Positions 1-8,709 of a DNA stretch of 64,000 bases are shown piece after piece. This DNA is from an uncultured SAR86 cluster bacterium (lineage in GTDB: Bacteria; Pseudomonadota; Gammaproteobacteria; Magnimaribacterales; D2472), in contig CABXJR010000002.1 of the NCBI GenBank assembly GCA_902512655.1, positions 66,867-130,866 of the forward strand, given 5' to 3'. Made by a program: the position numbers and the translations under genes. Numbering within the stretch: position 1 is the stretch's first letter; every line of letters begins with the position of its first letter. The notes below the pieces were generated by a model. It made no database searches. It worked only from the letters and a program-made list of their open reading frames with translations, and was not told the origin of the DNA.

Positions 1-1641
1 CTCTGTAGCAGAAAGATCTATTTCACCAATTACTGCAATCTTTTGTTTACCAATAAATATATCTAAGGCATTTTCATTGAAAGGCATTGAAGAGCTTGTT
101 TTTTGAAACTGAATATTTAGCAAGCCTAGGGTTTGTAACAATTTAGATATTTCTGCTTTTAATGAAAAGAAATCAAATGCTAATTCTTTCTTGCTCCAAG
201 ATGTTTGAGGCTCATGATGATAAATTATTCCTGACAAATGCAACGACTGGATGAAGCTATTTTTTTCTTTTTTAAATACGTTGCCTGCTTCAAAAACTTT
301 AATAGATGTGTGGCCTTTTTTTACATTACTATTTACAGCGGTAAATAGAGATCTAAAAAGGCTGCCCCTAAGCAATGGTTCGTTTTCATTTATTGGATTT
401 TGCAGTTCAGCTGCGGTCCAGTTATTAGAATTTAGTTTTTGGAAGGACGCTCTAGAAACAAATGGCATATGCATAAGCTCTGTGTAACCAGCATGAACGA
501 AGCCGAGTATTAGGCTGTCTAATGCGCTATCTTCTCTATTTTTTATTATGGGCCCCGCCTTAGGTTTTGATATAGGTATATTGTCATACCCATATGATCG
601 TAATAACTCCTCATACAAATCTTCCTCTAGTGAAATATCAAACCTGTGGGTGGGAATATTGAATGTCATAACATTTTCACTCTTATCGAGCACCTTAAAA
701 CCTAAATTTTTCAATATAAGAATTGCTTTGCTTGCCTTTATGGTGAGACCGGAAAATGTATTAAATTTTTTTATATTCAATTTCACATTTTTCTTTTTAG
801 TTTTGTGGGAAAATGAACAATAGAGTTCAACTAAATCAAATTCCGCTATTTGATTTAATAAAAATAGATATCTTGTTAATGCTTGATGCTGTATTTCTGG
901 ATCTACTCCTCTCTCAAAGCGATGAGAGGCATCTGTAGCAAGTCCATACTTTCTAGCTTGATTTACAATAACCTCGGGTCTAAAAAATGCAGCTTCAACA
1001 GCTACGTTATTAGTTGATGATGACACTGAAGATGCTTCGCTACCAATAATACCGGCAATCGCTTGGATCCCAGATTGATCCTGAATTGTTAGCGATGAAG
1101 GTTGAACATCTTTAACATCTCCCCCAATAACTGTTACTGATGTATTTTTTGCTGTGGGAAATTGAACATTAATTGGTAGAGCTAGTTTCTCTAAATCAAA
1201 TACATGCATGGGCGCACCAATTTCCAACATCACGTAGTTACCTAAATCAACCAAAGGATTAATTAACGGAATTCCAGCAGACTCTATGAAGCTTCGTTTT
1301 TTAGCATCTAGATTCTTTATTTTCTGCAAACCCTGAACCAGCATTAAATGATAATTACCACAACCAGAACCATCAATCTGGTTGATGACTTTCTTGTCTT
1401 GGATAAGGTTTATTGATGAAGTTTCTAATTTTCGGCTAGGTTTTGTTGATTGATATGCATAGAATTCTCTCTCCAGGCCACGAAGTGATAGCGCATCTCC
1501 TCGATTTGGAGTGATATCAAATTCTATTAGATCTCCTGCTATCTCGCACTCAAAACCAACTTTTGTAAATACATCACTAAGTTTTTCTTGGCTAAGCTTT
1601 GTATTAAGAAAATTTTTTAAGTATGAATATTGAATTTTCAT
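1..1641 (-). CDS. pheT: Phenylalanine--tRNA ligase beta subunit (N-terminal 547 codons; 3' end lies beyond window start)
   Basis: The minus-strand frame is open from ATG 1641-1639 (ATGA overlap with the pheS stop) to position 1. Hand translation gives MKIQYSYLKNFLNTKLSQEKLSDVFTKVGFECEIAGDLIEFDITPNRGDALSLRGLERE..., ...SSTNNVAVEAAFFRPEVIVN... (961-1020) and ...IFIGKQKIAVIGEIDLSATE (1-60). These match the PheT B1, B3/4 and catalytic-like regions. It is absent from the ORF track only because it has no stop inside the window. Confidence 0.9.
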   Translation of the reverse strand, partial: MKIQYSYLKNFLNTKLSQEKLSDVFTKVGFECEIAGDLIEFDITPNRGDALSLRGLEREFYAYQSTKPSRKLETSSINLIQDKKVINQIDGSGCGNYHLMLVQGLQKIKNLDAKKRSFIESAGIPLINPLVDLGNYVMLEIGAPMHVFDLEKLALPINVQFPTAKNTSVTVIGGDVKDVQPSSLTIQDQSGIQAIAGIIGSEASSVSSSTNNVAVEAAFFRPEVIVNQARKYGLATDASHRFERGVDPEIQHQALTRYLFLLNQIAEFDLVELYCSFSHKTKKKNVKLNIKKFNTFSGLTIKASKAILILKNLGFKVLDKSENVMTFNIPTHRFDISLEEDLYEELLRSYGYDNIPISKPKAGPIIKNREDSALDSLILGFVHAGYTELMHMPFVSRASFQKLNSNNWTAAELQNPINENEPLLRGSLFRSLFTAVNSNVKKGHTSIKVFEAGNVFKKEKNSFIQSLHLSGIIYHHEPQTSWSKKELAFDFFSLKAEISKLLQTLGLLNIQFQKTSSSMPFNENALDIFIGKQKIAVIGEIDLSATE

Positions 1642-2621
1642 GAGGGGAATTGACTTAAAAAGTCTAAATTTGAAGAATAAAATTCTCTAATATCTGTAAC
1701 GCCGAAATAAAGCATAGCTAAGCGCTCGACTCCCACACCAAAGGCAAAACCGCGAAATTTTTTAGTATCAATATTACATCCCTTAAGAACATTAGGATGA
1801 ACCATTCCACAACCTAAAATTTCTAACCATCCTTTATTTCCAAATTTTATATCTACTTCAGCTGAAGGTTCTGTAAACGGAAAATAGGAGGGTCTAAACC
1901 TTACATCCATTTTTTCATTAAAGAAGTCTTCTAGGAAGTCAATTAGGATTCCTTTTAAATCTCCAAATGTAACTCCTTCATCTACCACCAAACCTTCAAT
2001 TTGGGTAAACATTGGAAGATGAGTAGTATCTGAATCACATCTAAAGACTCTTCCAGGAGAAAGCATATATAGCGGCAAATCCTCTGATAGCAAGGCATGG
2101 ATTTGAGTGTTTGAGGTATGTGTTCTTAATAAATAGTCTGAATTGCTTTTAGAATTTAGATAAAAAGTATCATGCATTTGTCTTGCAGGATGATTTTCAG
2201 GAAAATTTAGAGCTTCAAAATTATAAAAATCTGTTTCAATCTCATTGCCAGAAAAAATTTGATAATTTAACGGGGCAAAATATTTGATAATTTTTTGTGA
2301 AATTTTTGTTATTGGGTGCTCAGAACCTACGTTAAAAGGATCAGCAGGGAGAGTTACATCTAATTTCACAAGATCACTCTTACCTTCCATATCTGCAAGG
2401 GCAGTTTCAAATAATTTAGTTAAGTCATTTTTAAGTATATTCAATTCCTTTGCAGCAATTACTCTTTCTTCTGATTTAAGATTTCTAAGTTTAGAAAATG
2501 AAGAAACAACAAAAGATTTCTTACCAAGAAATTGAGCTCTTAGTTGAAAAAATTCAGCCTCTGATTGAATGGAATTTAATTTGAGCTCGGCTGTTTCAAT
2601 TAAATCCTGAGGGATTTGCAT
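1638..2621 (-). CDS. pheS: Phenylalanine--tRNA ligase alpha subunit
   Basis: 327 aa. Class II aaRS motifs are present: HPARQMHDTFYL, GRVFRCDSDTTHLPMFTQIEG, GFAFGVGVERLAML. It sits directly upstream of pheT. Confidence 0.97.
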   Translation of the reverse strand: MQIPQDLIETAELKLNSIQSEAEFFQLRAQFLGKKSFVVSSFSKLRNLKSEERVIAAKELNILKNDLTKLFETALADMEGKSDLVKLDVTLPADPFNVGSEHPITKISQKIIKYFAPLNYQIFSGNEIETDFYNFEALNFPENHPARQMHDTFYLNSKSNSDYLLRTHTSNTQIHALLSEDLPLYMLSPGRVFRCDSDTTHLPMFTQIEGLVVDEGVTFGDLKGILIDFLEDFFNEKMDVRFRPSYFPFTEPSAEVDIKFGNKGWLEILGCGMVHPNVLKGCNIDTKKFRGFAFGVGVERLAMLYFGVTDIREFYSSNLDFLSQFPS

Positions 2622-2628
2622 GAGAACA

Positions 2629-2976
2629 TTATACCCTGACTTTTTCTACGATTTTCTTAAAAGTATCAGGATCAGAAAATGCAATGCCAGCTAGAGATTT
2701 TCTATCAAGCTTCACATTAGCATTAGAAAGTTGATTGATGAATCTGCTATAAGAAACTTCTAAAGGTAATAAAGCCGCTGAGATTCTTGAAATCCATAAT
2801 GAACGAAAGGCTCTCTTCTTGTTTCTTCTGTCTCTAAAAGCATACTGAAGAGCTTTTACGTTGGATTGTTTCGCAGTTTTAAATAGTCTGCTTCTAGCAC
2901 CATAGTGACCTTTAGTCGCTTTTAGTACTTTCTTATGCTTTGCTTTTGCTGCTAATGCTTTAGTTACTCTTGGCAT
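2629..2976 (-). CDS. rplT: 50S ribosomal protein L20
   Basis: 115 aa. GARSRLFKTAKQ...YAFRDRRNKKRAFRSLWISRISAA aligns with E. coli L20. It lies in the canonical infC-rpmI-rplT order. Confidence 0.97.
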   Translation of the reverse strand: MPRVTKALAAKAKHKKVLKATKGHYGARSRLFKTAKQSNVKALQYAFRDRRNKKRAFRSLWISRISAALLPLEVSYSRFINQLSNANVKLDRKSLAGIAFSDPDTFKKIVEKVRV

Positions 2977-2981
2977 AATAT

Positions 2982-3179
2982 TTAAATGTTATATAAAAGT
3001 TTTTGCGCAATTTTTTTTGTCTCGTCAGCCATTTTAATCATTCCGCGATTATGACGCTTTCTTTTAGTAGTTTGCTTGGTTAGGATATGAGCACGAGAAG
3101 CACTCCTTCTTTTCAAGCCACTGCCAGTAGCCTTAAAACGTTTTTTTGCGCTTGAATGTGTTTTTAATTTATAACCCAT
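2982..3179 (-). CDS. rpmI: 50S ribosomal protein L35
   Basis: 65 aa, basic. [12 protein letters not shown]...[13 protein letters not shown] is the L35 pattern. Confidence 0.95.
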   Translation of the reverse strand: MGYKLKTHSSAKKRFKATGSGLKRRSASRAHILTKQTTKRKRHNRGMIKMADETKKIAQKLLYNI

Positions 3180-3181
3180 AA

Positions 3182-3703
3182 TTATCTCTTTCTTATTTGT
3201 GAGAGAACCATTAATAATTGTCTTCCCTCAAGAGATGGCTCTTGATCTACTTGAGCTATATCTTGGAGGTCCTCTCTCAAACGATTTAGAAGATCAAGAC
3301 CCAAATCACTATTTAAAATCTCCCTACCTCTAAATCGAACGCTGATTTTAGTCTTATCTCCGTCATTAATAAAGCTTTTTATCTTTCTTAATTTAATATT
3401 ATAATCGCCGATATCAGTAGTAGGACGAAACTTAATCTCTTTTAAAGATTGTTTTTTTGGTTTTTTAGTGCCGCCGGTACTTTTTTTCTTTTCAAATTGA
3501 AATTTACCAAAATCTAAAAGTTTGCAAACTACTGGTTGAGCGTCAGAAGGAGACACCTGGACTAAATCAAGACTTGTTTTCTGAGCCTCCTCTAAAGCTT
3601 CATCAATAGCCAATAATCCTATTTTTTCTCCATCAGAGCCAATTAACATAACCTCTTTTGCATAGATTTTATTATTTATAGGAGTCGTTGATTTTTTTTT
3701 CAA
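3182..3703 (-). CDS. infC: Translation initiation factor IF-3
   Basis: 173 aa. [36 protein letters not shown]...[18 protein letters not shown]...FRGREI aligns with E. coli IF-3. There is no in-frame ATG at the 5' end. Candidate starts are TTG 3703-3701 or ATC 3709-3707. Confidence 0.93.
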   Translation of the reverse strand: MKKKSTTPINNKIYAKEVMLIGSDGEKIGLLAIDEALEEAQKTSLDLVQVSPSDAQPVVCKLLDFGKFQFEKKKSTGGTKKPKKQSLKEIKFRPTTDIGDYNIKLRKIKSFINDGDKTKISVRFRGREILNSDLGLDLLNRLREDLQDIAQVDQEPSLEGRQLLMVLSQIRKR

Positions 3704-3835
3704 AGCGATAGCTAAAGACCTTATATGATGGAAAGAGAGGGATTAATCAAAGTATCTTTGATTTGATGTGTAGATTGTTAAGTGATTTAACATTGAGATG
3801 GATTTTATAGCATTATTCATAAAAAGAAAACATCC

Positions 3836-4435
3836 TTATGGCTGAAGTAATTGTTCTGCCCATTCGTTGTTTTGTTGCTCAAAGACTTGTCGTTTATTTA
3901 ATCTATTTTCATGACCTTGCCAAAACTCAAAATAATATGGGGTAAAAGAATAGCCTCCCCAGAAATTTGGTCTAACCGTTTCAGGTGTTATGGTTTTTAA
4001 AGCATCGTGAAAATTCTTTGCTACCTCATCAAATGAATCAATGGCCTTAGATTGATTGGAACTTATAGCTAATGCATTTTTTTCTTTAGTCCTGCCATTA
4101 AAATGCTCATCAGAAAATTCAGGAGATGTTTTAAAGATTTTGGCTTTCATTCTAATTTGAGTATTAATGCTTGCCCAATAGATAAGAACAGAAACTTGAC
4201 TATGAAACTCAAACTGATTTGATTTTGGAGAAAGATAATTTGAAAAAAAGATCCATTCATCATGAGCAATATACTTAAGGTTCACATACCTTGCTTCAAC
4301 TTCTTTCTTTTCCTGGTCATATGATGAAATAGAAATTGCTTCTATCCCTTTTTGGTCACTTTCTAGGGCTTCTTTATATAGAGATTGAAAATGAATATAG
4401 GGTTTTTCAGCGCTTGGATTAAGAAATTTAATCAT
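3836..4435 (-). CDS. pdxH: Pyridoxamine 5'-phosphate oxidase
   Basis: 199 aa. The C-terminal EFWQGHENRLNKRQVF...EWAEQLLQP aligns with E. coli PdxH (FWQGGEHRLHDR...IDRLAP). Confidence 0.88.
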   Translation of the reverse strand: MIKFLNPSAEKPYIHFQSLYKEALESDQKGIEAISISSYDQEKKEVEARYVNLKYIAHDEWIFFSNYLSPKSNQFEFHSQVSVLIYWASINTQIRMKAKIFKTSPEFSDEHFNGRTKEKNALAISSNQSKAIDSFDEVAKNFHDALKTITPETVRPNFWGGYSFTPYYFEFWQGHENRLNKRQVFEQQNNEWAEQLLQP

Positions 4436-4451
4436 GAAAAGTCAGGTGTAA

Positions 4452-4538
4452 TGGTGCCCAGAGCCGGACTTGAACCGGCACGAAGTTGCCTTCGAGGGAT
4501 TTTAAGTCCCTTGTGTCTACCAATTCCACCACCTGGGC
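4452..4538 (-). tRNA. tRNA-Leu (anticodon UAA), long variable arm, encoded CCA
   Basis: The reverse complement reads GCCCAGGTGGTGGAATTGGTAGACACAAGGGACTTAAAATCCCTCGAAGGCAACTTCGTGCCGGTTCAAGTCCGGCTCTGGGCACCA (87 nt). The acceptor stem is GCCCAGG/CCTGGGC-type. The anticodon stem GGGAC.. carries loop CTTAAAA, giving anticodon TAA. The T-arm is GGTTCAAGTCC. Confidence 0.93.
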
Positions 4539-4588
4539 AATTAGTTTCTATGATCAATATTGTTCTTAATTTAAGTATTTTAGAAAAA

Positions 4589-5896
4589 TTAAGCACTAAG
4601 CTTGAGTGAAATCCGTTCTCTTTCGGCATCAATTCCAAAAATGACGCAAGAGAGCTTGTCACCTTTTTTATAATTTTCCATTGCTTCAGCAGGATTTTCA
4701 TCCTCAGTAATATCTGAAAGGTGGATTAAACCATCAATATCACCTTCTAAACCAACAAAAATTCCAAAATCGGTTACAGATTTAATGCTGCCTTCAACAG
4801 AATCACCCAATCCATACTTGTTAGCAAATTCTGTCCAAGGATTAGATTTGGTTTGCTTTAAACCAAGAGAAATTCTTCTCTTGTCATGGTCTATTTCTAG
4901 AACCATCACTTTAATTTTCTCTTCTAAATCTACAACCTTTGAGGGGTGAATGTTTTTATTAGTCCAATCTAATTCTGATAAGTGTATTAAGCCTTCAACG
5001 CCCTGCTCAAGCTCAGCGAAACACCCATAGTCTGTTAAATTTGAAACTGTAGCTTCATATACACCGCCAACTGAATATTTTCCTTCAATTGTTTCCCATG
5101 GATCATTTTGAATCTGCTTTAACCCTAATGAAACTCGAAGTTTTTCTTTATCAAAACTTAATATTTTTACATCAATTTCTTCACCAAGACTTAAAACCTC
5201 AGCTGGATTAGTAACCCTTGACCATGAAATATCGGTTATGTGTAATAAGCCGTCTAAACCTCCCAGATCAACAAAAGCACCATAGTCAGTTAAGTTTTTG
5301 ACTGTGCCTTTAACGATTTGGCCTTCATCAAGATTTTTTAACAACTCGACTTTTTCAGCAGAATTAATTTTCTCTAAAACTGCCCTTCTTGAGAGAACGA
5401 CATTATTCCTTTTATAATCTAACTTGATAACTTTGAATTCTTGAACAGTATTCTCAAGCTCTGGGGCTTCCTTAACAGGTCTTATATCAACAAGTGAACC
5501 GGGTAAAAATGCTTTGACAACATCAACCTCAACAGAAAAACCGCCTTTAACTCTTGTTAGAACCTTTCCTTCAACAAATTCTCCAGTCTCTAATGCTTCT
5601 TCAAGCTTTTTCCAAGTTCCAATTTTTCTAGCCTTTTCGCGCGAAATTCTTGTTTCTCCATAGCCATCCTCAACTGCCTCTAAAGCAACTTGGACTTCAT
5701 CGCCAGATTCAATTTCAACCGATCCATCATTATTTCTAAACTCATCCAGGGAAATGACTCCCTCTGATTTCAATCCAACATGGACTGTCACCCATTCCTT
5801 ATCAACATCTAAAACAACTCCGGTTACAATGGAGCCGGGCTGCATTTCAAGTGTGCTTAGATTTTCATCTAATAGTGCTGCGAAGCTTTCTGACAT
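4589..5896 (-). CDS. rpsA: 30S ribosomal protein S1 (five S1 domains; short form)
   Basis: 435 aa. It is colinear with E. coli S1 from [11 protein letters not shown]... through DAERERISL, which is the end of domain 5. It then stops; the domain-6 region is absent. Confidence 0.93.
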   Translation of the reverse strand: MSESFAALLDENLSTLEMQPGSIVTGVVLDVDKEWVTVHVGLKSEGVISLDEFRNNDGSVEIESGDEVQVALEAVEDGYGETRISREKARKIGTWKKLEEALETGEFVEGKVLTRVKGGFSVEVDVVKAFLPGSLVDIRPVKEAPELENTVQEFKVIKLDYKRNNVVLSRRAVLEKINSAEKVELLKNLDEGQIVKGTVKNLTDYGAFVDLGGLDGLLHITDISWSRVTNPAEVLSLGEEIDVKILSFDKEKLRVSLGLKQIQNDPWETIEGKYSVGGVYEATVSNLTDYGCFAELEQGVEGLIHLSELDWTNKNIHPSKVVDLEEKIKVMVLEIDHDKRRISLGLKQTKSNPWTEFANKYGLGDSVEGSIKSVTDFGIFVGLEGDIDGLIHLSDITEDENPAEAMENYKKGDKLSCVIFGIDAERERISLKLSA

Positions 5897-5901
5897 ATTT
5901 T

Positions 5902-6564
5902 TTATACTTCCTTGGTATGTTCCTTATAAATTTTTAAAACTATTTCCAATACTTCTTGAGAAGTTAGATCAGAGGAGTTCACTTCGATAGAATCATCCGC
6001 TGGCATCAAAGGAGATATTTCTCTTGCCTTATCTGCCTCATCTCGCAATCTAATATCTTCAATCAGATCGCGCATATTAACGCCTTGACCTGCATTCTGC
6101 AACTCTAAAAACCTCCTCTTTGCTCTTACTTCCGCATTAGCAACTAAAAAAATTTTAGTACCGGCATCTGGAAATACAACAGTGCCCATATCCCTACCAT
6201 CTGCAACCAATCCATTATCGCTAGCTAAGTCTCTTTGAAAACTAATTAAGTTATCTCTAGTTTCTTTTAAACTGCTCAATTTTGAGGCGGTTTTAGCTAT
6301 ATTTTCATGTCTAAGGATTGAAGTTATATCTTTATTATCTTCATAAACATGCATCTCATGGTCAATGCTATCGATTCTTAAATTGGAAAATAGACCTTTT
6401 GCAGTAGAATGATTTTGAACTTGATCAAAACAATATGAATATGCTCGATAAAGCAGGCCACTATCTAATAACATAAAATTTAGTTCTTTAGCTAATGCTT
6501 TAGCAAGCGACCCTTTACCAGATGCAGATGGACCATCAACAGTAATAATATTATTATTTTTCAA
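5902..6564 (-). CDS. cmk: Cytidylate kinase
   Basis: 220 aa. P-loop [13 protein letters not shown] is present. It lies in the conserved aroA-cmk-rpsA order. Confidence 0.93.
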   Translation of the reverse strand: MKNNNIITVDGPSASGKGSLAKALAKELNFMLLDSGLLYRAYSYCFDQVQNHSTAKGLFSNLRIDSIDHEMHVYEDNKDITSILRHENIAKTASKLSSLKETRDNLISFQRDLASDNGLVADGRDMGTVVFPDAGTKIFLVANAEVRAKRRFLELQNAGQGVNMRDLIEDIRLRDEADKAREISPLMPADDSIEVNSSDLTSQEVLEIVLKIYKEHTKEV

Positions 6565-7870
6565 GCTTATATCCTATAGAAGAAATTAGCTCTATGAAAT
6601 CAGGAAATGATGTAAAAATATTTTTACAATCCTTTACTGTAATTGGTTTTGAACATCTCAAACCGGCAATTAGAAAACTCATAGCAATTCTATGGTCTTC
6701 ATGCGATTCAATAGAAATTGGTTGCTCTATTAAAAGTGTATTTGGGCTTCCCATAATACTCATACCATCCTCAAAATTTTCATGGGCAACTCCAAGTCTA
6801 CTGAAACCATCTGAAACGGCTTTTAACCTATCCGATTCCTTAACTCTTAATTCTGCAGCATCTCGAATCACGGTTTCCCCTTCTGCAAATGCAGCTGCAA
6901 TAGAAATGATAGGTATTTCGTCAATAATATTTGGAATGATGTCTCCAGAAAGTTCTACTCCCTTTAATATAGATTGTGTAATCTTTAAGTCGGCACAAGG
7001 CTCTCCTGACTCTAGTCTTTGATTTCTAACCTTAATATCTGCACCCATTTTTTGTAAGGCTAGCAAGACCCCTACTCTTGAGGGGTTCATTCCAACATTT
7101 TTAATTTCTAGCCCTTGTGAATTACTTATTAAGGCAGCAACTATTAAAAAAGCAGCCGAAGAAATGTCACCCACCACTGTGTAATTTTTAGCACTCAGAT
7201 TATTGGATGGTGCCAATTGAATAATATTCTTACTACCCTCGGATGCAATTTCTATATTTGCACCAAAGTTTCTTAGCATTCTTTCTGTATGATCTCTTGT
7301 TTGAATGGGTTCAATAATTTCAACACCGGTCCCTGAAGCAAGACCAGCCAATAAGATGCTTGACTTTACTTGAGCGCTTGCTACTGGTAACTCATAGGTA
7401 TATTGCTTTTTAAGTGATGTTGGCAATATTGAAATAGGCAACTTACCATTTGATGATTCAATGCTAGCACCCATTTCAGTTAATGGGTTTATTACTCTGC
7501 TCATCGGTCGAGAAGATAAAGAATCGTCGCCACAAAAAGAAAGATTTAAGCCAATACCAGAAGTCAAACCCAACATGAGACGTAAGCCAGTCCCGGAGTT
7601 ACCAAGATCAAGCGGCTCGTCACAGCTCTGAAAAATATTTTTTCTTTTGCATAAATGAACCAACCCATTTTCATCAACTGAAATGCCTGCTCCAATTTGA
7701 TTGAGAGCATTCATTGTGGAGAGCGGATCTTCCCCATGCAAGAAGCCATCAATTGTCATTTCTTGATTTATCAAAGCTCCGATCATAAGAGCTCTTTGCG
7801 AGATGGATTTATCTCCAGGACATTGAACCGTCCCAAAAATCTGGCTATTGATAGAAGTGGTTAAATTCAA
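6554..7870 (-). CDS. aroA: 3-phosphoshikimate 1-carboxyvinyltransferase (EPSP synthase)
   Basis: 438 aa. Motifs PGDKSISQRALM, LGNSGTGLRLM and RVKESDRL are typical of EPSP synthase. Confidence 0.95.
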   Translation of the reverse strand: MNLTTSINSQIFGTVQCPGDKSISQRALMIGALINQEMTIDGFLHGEDPLSTMNALNQIGAGISVDENGLVHLCKRKNIFQSCDEPLDLGNSGTGLRLMLGLTSGIGLNLSFCGDDSLSSRPMSRVINPLTEMGASIESSNGKLPISILPTSLKKQYTYELPVASAQVKSSILLAGLASGTGVEIIEPIQTRDHTERMLRNFGANIEIASEGSKNIIQLAPSNNLSAKNYTVVGDISSAAFLIVAALISNSQGLEIKNVGMNPSRVGVLLALQKMGADIKVRNQRLESGEPCADLKITQSILKGVELSGDIIPNIIDEIPIISIAAAFAEGETVIRDAAELRVKESDRLKAVSDGFSRLGVAHENFEDGMSIMGSPNTLLIEQPISIESHEDHRIAMSFLIAGLRCSKPITVKDCKNIFTSFPDFIELISSIGYKLEK

Positions 7871-8709
7871 TAGTTTGATTCCTTAAAATCTTTAAGTTCG
7901 CCTAGAAAAGTCTGAAGACTCTGAGGGTCTTTTCTAATCTTCTCCTTTAAAATACCGAGACTTTTCATCAAATCATCTATTGCTATGGCAATATTCTTTT
8001 CATTCATTGAAAAAATATCTGCCCACATTCTGGGAGAGGATGATGCCAGCCTTAAAAATTCTCCGAGACCACCGCCTGAAAAATCTGAAAGATCATCTTG
8101 TTCAAGCCCCTTTAAAGTATTCAATAATGCATAGGCCGCAACATGAGGAAGATGGCTAGAATATGCAAATATCTGGTCATGTAACTCAGCGTCCAACACT
8201 GTGATGTTTGATCCAAGTGTGCTCCATAGATTTGTAACTCGATCTACATGCTGTGATGCTACGGAGTCATGATAAGACAAGATTGTTGATTTTCCATTGA
8301 AAAGATCAGCGACTGAATTTTTTTCACCCGAAAGATGAGAGCCTGCTACAGGATGAGAGAAGATAAAATTTTTAGGAAAATTAAATTCTTGCAAAATTTT
8401 ATTTATAGAGTTTTTGGTGCTTGTTGTGTCCGTGATAGTAACCGAAGAATTGAATAAAAAATCTAAGGATTTTAGAATCTCATCGGTTGCACTCGGAGGA
8501 GTTGCAATAATTACCACTGAATCTTCGTATTCAGCATTTCCAAGATCATCAAGAGAATGAAGTGAGCCTTGAATTGATTGGTTTTCCAATGCATTCTTTA
8601 TGGTGTTTTGATCTGAATCAAAGGCTAAGATCTCGAAATCTTGAGCGCTTGATAAGGTTTTAGCTATTGATCCTCCAATTAATCCTAGGCCAATAATAAT
8701 AATTTTCAT
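7867..8709 (-). CDS. tyrA: Prephenate dehydrogenase
   Basis: 280 aa. It has the N-terminal Rossmann motif IIIIGLGLIGGSIA and the prephenate dehydrogenase region HPVAGS. The stop overlaps the aroA start by 4 nt. Confidence 0.85.
   Translation of the reverse strand: MKIIIIGLGLIGGSIAKTLSSAQDFEILAFDSDQNTIKNALENQSIQGSLHSLDDLGNAEYEDSVVIIATPPSATDEILKSLDFLFNSSVTITDTTSTKNSINKILQEFNFPKNFIFSHPVAGSHLSGEKNSVADLFNGKSTILSYHDSVASQHVDRVTNLWSTLGSNITVLDAELHDQIFAYSSHLPHVAAYALLNTLKGLEQDDLSDFSGGGLGEFLRLASSSPRMWADIFSMNEKNIAIAIDDLMKSLGILKEKIRKDPQSLQTFLGELKDFKESNY

Noticed and set aside
251-823. Two + strand ORFs (78 and 91 aa) from the track
   Set aside because: They lie antisense within the open pheT frame. They are low-complexity and Phe/Leu/Ser-rich, as expected for antisense reading of AT-rich coding DNA. 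No family resemblance.
4452-4538. tRNA-Leu as a possible genomic-island integration site
   Set aside because: There is no integrase, no direct repeat of the tRNA 3' end and no accessory genes nearby. Both flanks are housekeeping genes.
4385-4701. ORFs of 74 aa (+) and 89 aa (-) spanning the tRNA-Leu region
   Set aside because: Both read through the tRNA gene and through the ends of pdxH and rpsA. The tRNA and the flanking CDS explain this region better.
6594-7022. Long antisense ORFs inside real genes: 6594-7022 in aroA, 29265-29717 in the RND permease, 34310-34666 in thiL, 38289-38639 in the TBDR, 59003-59779 in the GT4
   Set aside because: Each is fully contained opposite a confidently identified gene. 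They show no recognisable motifs. Stop-poor antisense frames are common with this codon bias.
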